Source: Candidatus Woesearchaeota archaeon (GTDB lineage Archaea > Nanobdellota > Nanobdellia > Woesearchaeales > UBA11576). Taken from it: DNA of 64,000 nt. Both the position numbers and the translations under genes were made by a program. The DNA is taken from the NCBI GenBank assembly GCA_043819495.1, contig JBDRET010000030.1, positions 5,463-69,462 on the forward strand, read 5' to 3'. Positions 7,838 to 18,200 of this stretch are shown here, piece by piece. How positions within the stretch are numbered: position 1 is the first letter of the stretch; each line of letters begins with the position of its first letter. The notes under the pieces are model-generated. The model was not told where the DNA came from. It ran no database searches and worked only from the letters and a program-made list of their open reading frames with translations.

Positions 7838-7993
7838 GCAGCAGCATGGCCGTAGCCGCCTGTTAGCACGCAATAAAATTACCAGAATAATCAATAAATA
7901 GGTACGCCTGCGGCGAAAAAAACAATTCAACAACTCTGGCGTGCGTGGCGGTACGGAGGCGAGCAGAGCGAGCCGAGTAGGACATGATGCTGC
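7838..7993. other. long-range inverted-repeat / hairpin element B (unclassified)
   Basis: Outer helix 7838-7848/7983-7993 (10 bp plus 1 mismatch). Inner helix 7850-7860/7947-7956 (10 bp, one bulged G). AT-rich ~85-nt interior. It lies between the convergent pilin-4 and HIT-like genes. Confidence 0.3.
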
Positions 7994-8058
7994 GTCAGAA
8001 AATCGCATATTGATGATGCTAAGACTGATTTTGTCATGTGTGCTGACCAGAATAAGAC

Positions 8059-8634
8059 CTACGGCATCCTTCTCAATTGCTTTACAAGGTAATTCTCTTC
8101 TTTCTCTTCTTCTGGTACTTTTTCAGGATCAGCATCTTTCTCAGCTGTAGAAGCATCTGTATTCCCTGGTGTTGCAGGACTTCCACTATTTTCGGCGTTA
8201 CGCACACCTTCTGACTCTTCTTCTCTTGCAAGGTCTTCTTTAAGCTGTATCTCGACAGCGGCCATCTCTTCCTCTCCTAGCTGTCTGGGTGGCCATTCGA
8301 ACATGAGTCCATCATCTCCGCGGCGGGGTATTATGTTGACTGAGAGGTGCGGCTCTTCCTGTCCTGCTTCCATCCCATTGTGGATTATTATGTTGGTGCC
8401 GTCAGATTTTATCGATTCAAACACTGAGACTGAGAGCCTGTTGACGATATTGAAGAGGTGTTCGGAATCATCTGCGCTCAGCGCCTCGAATATGGGCTTG
8501 TGTTCTTTTGGCACTACGACTATGTGGCCTATCGTTGCTGGCTGCTCTGCTAGGAACGCCACGAACTTATCATCTTCATACAGTCTCGCGGATTTCTTCT
8601 TCCCGTTTATGATATCGCAGTATGTGCAGCTCAT
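8059..8634 (-). CDS. HIT (histidine triad)-like protein with degenerate triad and acidic tail
   Basis: 191 aa with the N-terminal CTYCDII zinc-type motif. HIVVVPKEH and GTNIIIHNGMEAGQEEPHLSVNIIPR show a HIT fold, but the triad reads H-L-S-V-N. Confidence 0.75.
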   Translation of the reverse strand: MSCTYCDIINGKKKSARLYEDDKFVAFLAEQPATIGHIVVVPKEHKPIFEALSADDSEHLFNIVNRLSVSVFESIKSDGTNIIIHNGMEAGQEEPHLSVNIIPRRGDDGLMFEWPPRQLGEEEMAAVEIQLKEDLAREEESEGVRNAENSGSPATPGNTDASTAEKDADPEKVPEEEKEENYLVKQLRRMP

Positions 8635-8677
8635 ATTATGTGTGCTTCCTCATATTCATCAGTAGTCAAGTCAGTGC

Positions 8678-9478
8678 TCACTTGAACATATTCGCTATCG
8701 TGTCAAGATCTGCACCTTTGCCCTCTCTATCATCATCTGGTGGAGCTATCTCACTTGCAGTATTGTTTTCACTATCTTTTTGGTCATTATGTCCTGCAGA
8801 GTCAGGACTGGGATCCTGATGTTCTTGTTGCTGTTCCTCTTCTGTGTTTTTCTCTACAGAATCTTCTTGTCCTTCAGGCGGTTCTGGAGATTCTTTTCCA
8901 TCTTCATCATCAACAGTTGTATCGATCTGTTCAGGTTCAGGCTTGACGATCTCCACAGGTTCGACTGGTTCATGTTCGATGCCGAAGTGGTCATCGACTT
9001 TCTTTTTTATTGCTACCCTGAGCTTCTCCTGGTCCTCATCTGTGATCTTGTTCTTGGGCAGGTTAAATGCAGTTATCCCATCATTTTCCTTTCTTGGTAT
9101 CAGATGTATCATGAAGTGTGGCGCTTTCTGTCCTGCTGCCGCCCCATTTGCTATGAACATATTTGTGCCGTCGGCTTTCAGTGCTCTGAGCTGTGACTTT
9201 GATACTTTCCGGGCTATCCTGAACAGGTGGTTTATCTCATCCTCAGGCATGAGAGGCATTATGGAATAGTGCTCTTTAGGGAGTATCAGTACATGGCCAG
9301 GATTAGCAGGGTTGATATCAAGTATCGCCAGGCATCTTTCATCTTCATACATCCTCTTGGATGATACTTTGCCTGATATTATCTGGCAGAATATGCATTG
9401 CTTCTTCTGCATCTCTCTCAACTGTTCAGGATTCATCTCCTTCAGCTGTTCTTCTGTAAGTTCTGCCATATTGTTCAT
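8678..9478 (-). CDS. HIT-like protein with degenerate triad and long acidic low-complexity tail
   Basis: 266 aa with CIFCQII, GHVLILPKEH and NGAAAGQKAPHFMIHLIPR (triad H-F-M-I-H). About 100 aa of E/D/P-rich tail. The start overlaps the stop of the upstream gene (ATGA). Confidence 0.75.
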   Translation of the reverse strand: MNNMAELTEEQLKEMNPEQLREMQKKQCIFCQIISGKVSSKRMYEDERCLAILDINPANPGHVLILPKEHYSIMPLMPEDEINHLFRIARKVSKSQLRALKADGTNMFIANGAAAGQKAPHFMIHLIPRKENDGITAFNLPKNKITDEDQEKLRVAIKKKVDDHFGIEHEPVEPVEIVKPEPEQIDTTVDDEDGKESPEPPEGQEDSVEKNTEEEQQQEHQDPSPDSAGHNDQKDSENNTASEIAPPDDDREGKGADLDTIANMFK

Positions 9479-12400
9479 CTTTTCTTACGTCTTTTTATTA
9501 GTTTCGGAGATGTCTTCAAATGTGCTTTCTGATATGGTGTGTTGCGTTGTTTATGTCTTCTTGCGCTGCTTATGCGCACATCTGACTCGGCTTTCTTCTG
9601 AGGTAAGGGTGTTTTCGGTTGCAGATGATTGAATAGGTCTCGTATGAGTATGACTGCAAGGGTCATGAGTGATATGAGCAACGGGATGTAGAGCACCATC
9701 AGTGGCAGTCCTGTACTTGCTCCCAGTTCTTCTACAGGATATATGAATTTCGTGAAGAATGTGTTGAATATGAGGGATATGGTAGTGATCGCTATCAGTA
9801 CTGTGAGCACGAATAATATTATGTACAACCTTTTCGAGTGCGGCTTGCTGCGCTCTACTTCTCCTTTCTCAGCATATATCTTCTTGAGTATCAGGTATGC
9901 AATGCCTTCCACGAGCACTATCGAGAATGTGCCGGAGAGGAAAACTATTATCTCATCTATAAGGAGCATGTTGTCTGCTATCGCCATGCATATCCCCTGT
10001 GAGAATCCGAACCAGGGGATCATGAATATGACTAGCAGGGTAGCCATAGTTCCGTTAGCTATTGCAAAGACGGTCTTCTCATTCTTTGGTGTGGTGTGCC
10101 CTCTTGTCAATATTATCATCAGCAGGAGTATCAGCACCAGTAATGGGTGCAATGTGCATAGTATGTTTGATTCTGCTGTCTCTGCAATCTCTATTATCCT
10201 CGCTTTTTCGCATGCTGGACAGCTTCCGCCACAATCTACACCTGTCTCATCATAGTTTGTGATGCGATCATTGCAGTGCGAGTATCCGCATCCTCTGCTC
10301 GTCTCAGGCATCCCTCTGAATATCCTGCAGTCCTGAAGATCAGTGCATCCTCTTTCCTGTGTACCTGATGCGCTACATTCACTCCATTCTGTGCATTTCC
10401 ATTCGGTATCGCATGGTATGTAGCAGTTCCTCTTTGTGATCGGTCGGTATTCCCAGGTGCCACAGGAATTCACATCTTCACAGGTCCTGCTCTCCTGTCC
10501 ATTGAAGCATTCTGTCCATTCATCACAGGACCAGTCTTCTTTGCATGTTGGCTTATCTGGTGGGGTGCATCCGCTGCATCCTGGATTTATCGGAGGATGG
10601 ACATCGTATTGTGATATGGTGAGTGACCGGTTCAGGTCTCCCCAGTCAGTCTTTCCTTCACTGTCCAGCACAATGCAGTTCCAGACGTAGCTTCCGATGG
10701 ATACATCGTATGTCCAAGAGGATGAATTTTCTGTCCCTGTGATTGCTGTGGTGCTGTTCAGAGCGAATGCTTCACCTGTGCTGTTTGTAATGTACAATGC
10801 TATGCTTGTCAATGTAGCATTGGTCTTTGCAGAGCAGTTGAACGTGATTGATGAGGCGTCTGCTTCTGTCTCTATGTTCGTATCTGCTGCAGGGGTATTC
10901 AGCGTCACTTTTGGCCCGATAGTTATCGTCAGTTTAGGTCTGAGAGATGGGTCTGCAAGATAGTCTGAGCTCCAGAATCTCTTGACCTTGTTGGTTATTC
11001 CTGCATCTTCCGTGCTTGCTTTGAGATACAATCCCTGATTCTGCTCTATAGAATCATACCATTCGCTTACGAGTCCTGTTATGTTCCACAGGTACCATCC
11101 ATCAGTATCATTCACGATCACATTGTCATATATGTATGAAGAGTATCCTGACCTGTTATTCCATGCTATCCCGTCTTCAGGCCAGTCACCAGTCACTCTC
11201 ACAGCGTCGATGGACAGGTCATTTGGCTCACCTGATGTCTTATAGAGTTCCATCCGCGCATCTGTGATAGAAAGTCCTGGCTGCAGGTCTGATATGTTCC
11301 ACAGGAGCATCGCCCTGCTGTTGTTTCCGCTCTCGCCATTGATCCTCATCTGTGTGTTTGTGCCGTAGGTGGTCGAAGGTGTCCCTTCATAGATGAAAGT
11401 ATCAGTGCCATTGATGTCATCCGGCTGCTCTATGAATACGGGGTCAAGAGGAGTTATGTCAAGTCTGTATATCGTTCCGGGTGTGAGTGTCCTGTCATAC
11501 ACTAGATCCTCATGGCATATCTCCTGGCTATCGCTGTAGTTATAGCACTTCCAGAGTGATGTACCATTTGCCACCTTGTATACTGTGAAGTTCCCGAAGT
11601 CAAGAGCAGTAGGATCTACGAGGGTGTTGTGCGGCCATCCTGTTATGTTGCTTGTCAGGCCGAGCTTGAGGTCATTGCTTATGTTTATCTTATTGTGTGT
11701 GCGTACTGTTATGTTCTTGATGATGGTGGAATCGAAAGGCACTATCTCTACATCGACACGTGTCCCGTTCTCCTTTACCTGTACCTGGTTGTTGAATACG
11801 AATCCATCTGTTGCATCTATCCAGTTGATGGTGTAATTGCTCTCCATGAACCCGACAGTCCCTGAACCGAACTGCACTGTATAATTCTGTCCTGGTGGGA
11901 AGTCTGCAACCTTGATCCATCTGTTGCTTGTGCAGTTTTGGTTTGCAAAGTCCCATTCATAACAGAGGAACGCGTCACCTGTAACTGCTGTGACAGTTAT
12001 GTTGACATATTCGTATCCAGATATCTTAGGTTGTATGGCGTAGGTATTGACGAAATCATACAAGGTTACTGTAAAGTTGTCAAGGTCCATGATTTCTGTT
12101 ATGTTCCGGGTGACTGTATAGTTGTGTATCAGTATCTCATGTATCGTGAGGTCAAGAGGGCGTATCTTTATATCGTAGACTCCTGCAGATATGTTCTTGA
12201 GCTCTCCGGATGATGTCTGGACATCAATCTCGCCAGAACCGAGGTCTATCAGTTCTATGGTAGCGCTTATGAACTGGCCGTGCGCGTTCTGGACAGTCTC
12301 GTTGATTATCAGCGTCTCATTATCTGTACCTGACGGGTAATCTATGTATAGTGTCCAGTTCTCTGATGTCCCGGTATTGCCGAAATTGTCGATGCACAGC

Positions 12401-13059
12401 ACATTCCATAAGAGTGTTCCTCCAGGGAGATTATCTTCATTGAATATTGATACCTCATGCAGGTTTATGTGTGTATCAGTTGCGCGAGCGGTGCCATTGA
12501 TGAGCAAGGTACAATTATCGATTGTTGTTGTGTGATTGACCCTGTATCTGAATACTGCTTTTCCATTCGTGTCATATGACGCGTTCAGTGGCAGGATATT
12601 GATGACATCTGGCGCTGTATCTGTATCTATTGCCGTGAATTGTGTCGTCTCTGTGTCATTCTTGTTGCTATAGCTGTCGTTTGCAAAGTACGTGATGTTA
12701 TACGGTCCTGTGATGTTCGGAAGCGTGAATGACGTATTATACCTGTCCCCGACACTATGTGTCAAATTGAGCACGATAGTGGTTGTATTGGGGAAGGTGA
12801 TATACGCAAGCACTGTGTCTATAGTATAAGGACCTGTCACGTTTGCTCCGATCTCTATTGTATCTGTACTTTCAAGACTAGAATTAAACGGAGGAGAGGT
12901 GTCAAATACCGATATGTCCGCAACTGCGCCTATATTGAAAAAGATAGTGGTCCCTGTGGTTGTAGCACCTGCGAAAGATGCAAGGATTGTTGAGAGGAGA
13001 GTTGTCACTATAAGGATCATAAGTATTCTCCATCCTCCATTATCCTTTTTCATCAGCAT
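9475..13059 (-). CDS. large N-glycosylation-sequon-rich surface protein with DNRLRE-type domain, Cys-rich TSP1-like units and polytopic C-terminal membrane anchor
   Basis: 1194 aa with an N-terminal signal/anchor. DNRLRE-like block RAMLLWNISD...TGDWPEDGIAWNNRSGY...SLRPKLTI (nt ~10919-11350). WSCDEWTECFNGQESRTC, WKCTEWSECSASGTQERGC and ETGVDCGGSCPAC (nt ~10240-10620). About five TM helices and a basic tail (nt ~9480-10210). Confidence 0.85.
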   Translation of the reverse strand: MLMKKDNGGWRILMILIVTTLLSTILASFAGATTTGTTIFFNIGAVADISVFDTSPPFNSSLESTDTIEIGANVTGPYTIDTVLAYITFPNTTTIVLNLTHSVGDRYNTSFTLPNITGPYNITYFANDSYSNKNDTETTQFTAIDTDTAPDVINILPLNASYDTNGKAVFRYRVNHTTTIDNCTLLINGTARATDTHINLHEVSIFNEDNLPGGTLLWNVLCIDNFGNTGTSENWTLYIDYPSGTDNETLIINETVQNAHGQFISATIELIDLGSGEIDVQTSSGELKNISAGVYDIKIRPLDLTIHEILIHNYTVTRNITEIMDLDNFTVTLYDFVNTYAIQPKISGYEYVNITVTAVTGDAFLCYEWDFANQNCTSNRWIKVADFPPGQNYTVQFGSGTVGFMESNYTINWIDATDGFVFNNQVQVKENGTRVDVEIVPFDSTIIKNITVRTHNKINISNDLKLGLTSNITGWPHNTLVDPTALDFGNFTVYKVANGTSLWKCYNYSDSQEICHEDLVYDRTLTPGTIYRLDITPLDPVFIEQPDDINGTDTFIYEGTPSTTYGTNTQMRINGESGNNSRAMLLWNISDLQPGLSITDARMELYKTSGEPNDLSIDAVRVTGDWPEDGIAWNNRSGYSSYIYDNVIVNDTDGWYLWNITGLVSEWYDSIEQNQGLYLKASTEDAGITNKVKRFWSSDYLADPSLRPKLTITIGPKVTLNTPAADTNIETEADASSITFNCSAKTNATLTSIALYITNSTGEAFALNSTTAITGTENSSSWTYDVSIGSYVWNCIVLDSEGKTDWGDLNRSLTISQYDVHPPINPGCSGCTPPDKPTCKEDWSCDEWTECFNGQESRTCEDVNSCGTWEYRPITKRNCYIPCDTEWKCTEWSECSASGTQERGCTDLQDCRIFRGMPETSRGCGYSHCNDRITNYDETGVDCGGSCPACEKARIIEIAETAESNILCTLHPLLVLILLLMIILTRGHTTPKNEKTVFAIANGTMATLLVIFMIPWFGFSQGICMAIADNMLLIDEIIVFLSGTFSIVLVEGIAYLILKKIYAEKGEVERSKPHSKRLYIILFVLTVLIAITTISLIFNTFFTKFIYPVEELGASTGLPLMVLYIPLLISLMTLAVILIRDLFNHLQPKTPLPQKKAESDVRISSARRHKQRNTPYQKAHLKTSPKLIKRRKKR

Positions 13060-13126
13060 GTTTTACTCCTTTTCATTTCGCTTTTTTTTCATCTCGGTAT
13101 CTTCTATCTATTCCTCCTTTTTTGTC

Positions 13127-13153
13127 AAAAAAATAAAAAAAAAGACAAAAAAA
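13127..13153 (-). terminator. oligo-T terminator/attenuator (T7-T9-T7 on the minus strand)
   Basis: The plus strand reads aaaaaaataaaaaaaaagacaaaaaaa, 18-45 nt downstream of the 13171 stop. It is flanked by the 8-bp stem AAAGACAA/TTGTCTTT. Confidence 0.5.
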
Positions 13154-13170
13154 GAGTGCAAAGCTTGTCT

Positions 13171-13722
13171 TTAGCTCTGCACTCCGTTGCTTGTCAGGGT
13201 CCTCTGTGACGTGTCCGCTGCATTACATCCGGCAAAGTCTGCCTTCATGTACCAGTCCTGAGGTGCTGCTGCAGGTCCATAGTTGTTGACTACGGTCACT
13301 GCTGAAGTGCCGATCTCCGTACCAGTGCTTGCTCCAGTGAAATCTGTAGCTCCGGTCAGGTTGATGCAGCTCTGTGTGCCGCTGTTAAGCACCACGCTCA
13401 GGTTCAGGTTGACGGTCCCTGTGTTGTCAAACTGGAATATTGGCACTCCATTCGACTGCACTGTTCCGCCGACTACTTTTGCATCCACGTTTGCGTCGGT
13501 CCCTGTGCTGCTGTTGAACTCTATTGCTGTTGTCGGTGCGCCTGTAGAGTTCGCATTCACAAGGGTCTCGTCTGGCAAAGTCAATGTGTACGCGACTACC
13601 GTACCTACATTGAAATTCACCTGTGTTGTCGTGCTAAGAGCCCATACCAGAGGGACTGCCAGCAATACTAACAACACGGCTATTGTTGTCTTTGTGTTTC
13701 TCATTTCTTTTCCTCCTTTCAT
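13171..13722 (-). CDS. small secreted protein: stand-alone copy of the C-terminal domain of the 2003-aa giant
   Basis: 183 aa with the signal peptide TIAVLLVLLAVPLVWALS. It aligns along its length with the last ~150 aa of the 15250..21261 product (AYTLTLP/AFSVTLP; FDNTGTVNLNLSVVLNS/YLNTGNVNLTLNIKLDS; RTLTSNGVQS/RNLYTNGTQS). Confidence 0.8.
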   Translation of the reverse strand: MKGGKEMRNTKTTIAVLLVLLAVPLVWALSTTTQVNFNVGTVVAYTLTLPDETLVNANSTGAPTTAIEFNSSTGTDANVDAKVVGGTVQSNGVPIFQFDNTGTVNLNLSVVLNSGTQSCINLTGATDFTGASTGTEIGTSAVTVVNNYGPAAAPQDWYMKADFAGCNAADTSQRTLTSNGVQS

Positions 13723-14273
13723 ATCTCACTCATCTTAGTGATCCGGATGATACCTTCTGTGGGTTTCGGATCTGCCATCTTCAGGTCAGAGGCATCAAAT
13801 ACCAGATAGTACGTGCCTCCTTCTCCGATGTTGATGTCTATGCTTGTAGACATTGATGTGTCACAGCATTTTGGCCCACTTTTTGTTGTCACTTTGCTCA
13901 TGGTGTGGTATCCTGTCTCTAACCATTCGCTGTACCTTTTTTCAGAGTAGACTACAAATTTGATTGGGTGATTAGTCTCAAAGTAGATATCATATCTTGT
14001 CCTCTCGGCGAGATCGATCTTTTTTGCAAGAGGGAACTCTGTGAAAGGTATCTTTTCTTCGAGGATTACTTCCCCTGATACTGGTCTGCTGAGTGTTGGT
14101 GTTGTCCACCCTCCATCAGCTGTTCCAGTATCCATATCTGCAGTATCCTCTGTGGTCTGCATGACCTGTGCATCTGCGCTTGCAGAGCGATCAGGTGTCT
14201 GCGGTGTACATCCGCTGAGCAGCACGATTATAGATAGTGCTGCAACCATGCAGGCCGCAATCAGTTTTCTCAT
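13719..14273 (-). CDS. hypothetical lipobox protein
   Basis: 184 aa. MRKLIAACMVAALSIIVLLSGC has a lipobox-like LSGC. There are 4-nt overlaps with both neighbours. Confidence 0.7.
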   Translation of the reverse strand: MRKLIAACMVAALSIIVLLSGCTPQTPDRSASADAQVMQTTEDTADMDTGTADGGWTTPTLSRPVSGEVILEEKIPFTEFPLAKKIDLAERTRYDIYFETNHPIKFVVYSEKRYSEWLETGYHTMSKVTTKSGPKCCDTSMSTSIDINIGEGGTYYLVFDASDLKMADPKPTEGIIRITKMSEI

Positions 14274-15196
14274 TCGTTATCACCTCCTACAACTTCAATG
14301 AAAGCTTGATAGTATGGCCTGTCGATCTTTGTCATCCCTCCGCTCGTGTAGAGGTTGAGGTAATCCTTCAGCCACATCTGTTCATATTCCTCAGGTACTG
14401 TTCCTGTGTCGAGCCCTACGACATAGTTCCCTGGTGGTGTATCTGCATGTGCAGTTATCGTCACAGCGACCTTAAGCGTCCCTCCTGGATTGTATATCGG
14501 GAAATTCGGCTCGAGTATGAATGGGTTAGGTGATGCAGTGATGTCAAAATATCCTGCCGCTTTCTCAGGATCCTGTGTGACTGACCTTGAGCCATCAGGC
14601 ATCTCAAATCCTGATTCTATATCAACAGATGGGGGGAATGCAGGCACAAGATTTATTCCCTGATATGTCTCGACGATGTAGTTGCTCTTGATGAAGAAAT
14701 GCATCTCAAGAGATTCTCCTTGCCTTATCGTTGCGACAGAGTCTGCAGGGTATGTCGCTATCCCGTATGCTCCCCACCTATTCTCAGGGGGATTCTGCAG
14801 CAGAGGCACTCCTATATCTTCGAAGTGCGGGAAGAACTCCGGCTGCATCCAGTATCTCTCTTCAAGGTTCTTGAGGTCAGTTATCCTTCCCAGACGCACG
14901 AGGTTCCTTACGCTGTAGAAGTCAGCAGGGAATTCCGGCAGCCGGACGAACATCTCTTTTGGGAGATAGTCAGGCCTTACCTGCTGCAGGGTATCGTTTC
15001 CGAGTTCCTGCGCGAGTCTCTTCTCGAGGGATTCACTGTATGGTTTTTCCTTTATTTCTGCCTGGGTATTGACTGCTCCAGGTTCAAGCTCTGGATCAGC
15101 AGGTCCGCAACCCATGAGCACTATAGTGATCAGCATCAATGCCGCAATGGTTGCGACAATCATTGTTTTTTTGTATCTCATCTTCTTGTCCTCCAT
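14270..15196 (-). CDS. hypothetical lipobox protein
   Basis: 308 aa with IAALMLITIVLMGCGP. I recognise no family. Confidence 0.7.
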   Translation of the reverse strand: MEDKKMRYKKTMIVATIAALMLITIVLMGCGPADPELEPGAVNTQAEIKEKPYSESLEKRLAQELGNDTLQQVRPDYLPKEMFVRLPEFPADFYSVRNLVRLGRITDLKNLEERYWMQPEFFPHFEDIGVPLLQNPPENRWGAYGIATYPADSVATIRQGESLEMHFFIKSNYIVETYQGINLVPAFPPSVDIESGFEMPDGSRSVTQDPEKAAGYFDITASPNPFILEPNFPIYNPGGTLKVAVTITAHADTPPGNYVVGLDTGTVPEEYEQMWLKDYLNLYTSGGMTKIDRPYYQAFIEVVGGDNE

Positions 15197-15249
15197 ATAT
15201 CATGTTCTTATCGTTGTGTCATTATTGGTATCATGTCTTTTTCTTATCA

Positions 15250-18200
15250 TCAGCTCTGTGTGCCATTGGTGTATAGATTCCTCGTCGTGCTATTGTCAGG
15301 GTATGCATTGATGAAATCCCCAAAGAACCATGTGTCAAGGGTGCCCCCTGGTGCTATGTCAGTCGCGAGCAGAAGTGGTGTCGTGGTTACATTGCTCGCA
15401 GTCGCATTATTGTATAGTATGTTTGCCCTGAGATTGAACACTGGTGGTAAAGCACTGTCCAGCTTTATGTTGAGTGTCAGGTTTACATTGCCTGTGTTGA
15501 GGTAATTGAAGAATGGCGTGCTTGAATTCTGGCAGTCATTGGTGCCTTGGACGCATGCTTCCATACCATAGTAGGTGTTTAAACTTACATTGAAGTCCAT
15601 AGCAGCTGTCGCATTCCCTCCTTCAGATGCATTGACAGGTCCTTTTCCTGGGAGTGTCACACTGAATGCGAGAAGTGTGGGTGTTACGATATTCACTGTG
15701 AAATTCCGTGTCGCACTCGTGGTAGTGTAGCCAGTCTGTCCCCAACACGTCACGTTCCAGTTGTGTGTTGTCTCTGAGAAGTTTGATATCGTTCTTGTTG
15801 TAGGTGTATTGTTCAGTGTCAGTACGTTAGATGCATTCACCACTCCATCCACAGTCAGGTTGCAGAGCATGCTTCCGTACTGGTTGCTTGTAGCTGTCCA
15901 GTTGAATGTGACTGTACTGTTGGGTGTTGAGTACGCATTTGTAGGTCCATTCAGATTTACAGTAGGATATGTTGGCGCAGGAGCATTGACGGTGAAACTT
16001 GTCGTCACTGTGCTGTTCCAGTTTCCGCTGGTGTCATTTGCAAATATCCTGACCTGGTACGCTCCGGGGATGCTTGGCGTGACAAATGATGTGTTGTACT
16101 TGGCTCCAATAGTAGGTGTCAGGGTGAAATTTGCTAGCGTCCCGTTAGGATATTGTATCTGTGCTATTACAGTACTTACCTGGATATTATCAGTCACATT
16201 TGCAGCAATCTCTACTGTTGCACCATACCCGTATTGGCTGCCGCCTATTGGCTTCAGGCCAAAGACCGACGGCGGTGTCGCGTCATACACTGTGAAGTAT
16301 GATGTTTCAGTGTCGTTAACGTGGCCGAATAGATCATATGCATAGTAGGTTATATTGTATCGTCCTAATAGGTTGGGTGCTGTGAAATTATTGCTGTAGT
16401 TGATCCCTCCTGCAGGTTCGAGATAAAGTGTGTAGTTAGTGCCATTAGGATATGCTATATTGGCTTCGACATAATTGATGTATACATTATCTGTTGCGTT
16501 GGCCTTTACCTCTATCTTTCCTCCTGTGCCGACAGTCGAACCAGGAACAGGCAATATTGCTGTAAGGTTTGGTTTCACAGGATCGGTCACTAGGAACTGG
16601 TTCCTTGTTATCTCAGAATCATCGTCAGCATTGTACACTGTTACGGTCCAGTAATATACTCCAAGGGTTTTATTTGTCTGTACCCAGTCATCTGCAGTTC
16701 CTTGTCCTGTGACTGTTATGTCTGGGCTTGTCCTTGTGAAATTGAAACCATCATACCATGTCATGTAGACTGTTGTGTACCCATCAAGGTAGAACGCCCG
16801 TCCATACACTGGTGCATCTACTTCGTATATGTACTGCAGATTGGTCCTTCCTGAATCATTGTATAGTGCTACCCCTCTTGGTGTCTCGTTTATCTTTGCT
16901 GTGAAGAACAGGCTGGTATTGGTAGATGAGTTGACATAGAATGTGGTTATCTCGCTCACTCCCATCTGGGTGTCTTGAGGTACCAGCACCTTGACATAGA
17001 ATGTTGCAGTCCCTCCGTATGGTGGCAGCACTATGTCTGCATTTCCATCACCATCATGATCAGTGAAGGGCGTCCTTAGGAAGTCTACATAAGATGTGTT
17101 CCATCCCTGTGTGCTTGTGCTATTGACCTCTATATACTCTGTCGTATTCCAGTTGTTTGTTATGTTGAACTCAAAATACTGCCTCGTGTCAGAATTGACT
17201 GTCCGGTTGTAGCTGAGTGGGGTGAATATTAGGCGTCCTTTGACCTGTGTCACTGCTTGTGAGACTACGTTATTGGTCGGCGTGACTGATGAGTTTATGC
17301 GTATAGTGGTATTGTCAAGCATCCCTGCTGTCGCTGAGCCGGGTATCGTGACCCTGATGATGATATCTTTTGACTGGCCTGAAAGGAAATATCCTGTGTC
17401 AGCCCTTCCATCACTGTCAGTGTCTGTGAGTTGTGTGCCGTTCGCGTAATATGCTGCAGTTGGCCAGCTGTTGTTTGAGCTGAGCGTCATTTCAAGGGTG
17501 TCTGCTATGTTCTGGTAATTGTAGACTGTGAAGTTGTAGGACATCAGCATGCCTTGTGCTCCTGAAGACTGCCTGAGTGATGGTGTTATCGCGATGTCGC
17601 TGACTATCGTAGTTGCGATGACAAAGCTTGACTGCTCGCTGTTGTTGAGTGATATATTAGCTATATCACGGAGGCCAAGAGCAGCTCCACTAGGCACATC
17701 CACTTTTATTATTAGAGTGGTGTATTGATTTCCTGCCAGTGTGATGTCAGGATATCCGCTACCGCTCGTGTCTGTGAGAGGAGTCTGACTCGAGTAGGGG
17801 TAATAGAATGTGATATTCCATCCTTGTGTCGATGTCTTGAGCAGGTCAAGAGTTGTTGGTGCATTTCCGCAGTTCCTGACATCATATGTGTAATATGTGG
17901 TTGTCCCGTTCTTTGTCGCTTTCTCCTGATCTCCTGGTGTGAATGTGAAGTATGAGCTTTCTGTTATGAGTACATCTCCTACATTGTCTTCGAGCTGTGA
18001 TGGGAGGTTTGTTGCAGAGCCTCTTCCTGCTGCAGCCTTAAAGTTTATTGCTCCAGGTGATGAGAAGCTCATGTCACTCCATTTGACCCTAGTCTCGAGT
18101 TCAGTACCTAGCACAGAGCCTCCAAGCACATTTGACTCTAGAGATCTGGGATTGGCTATTGCGCCAGGCATATCATATCCATCACCTTGCATGAGATCTC

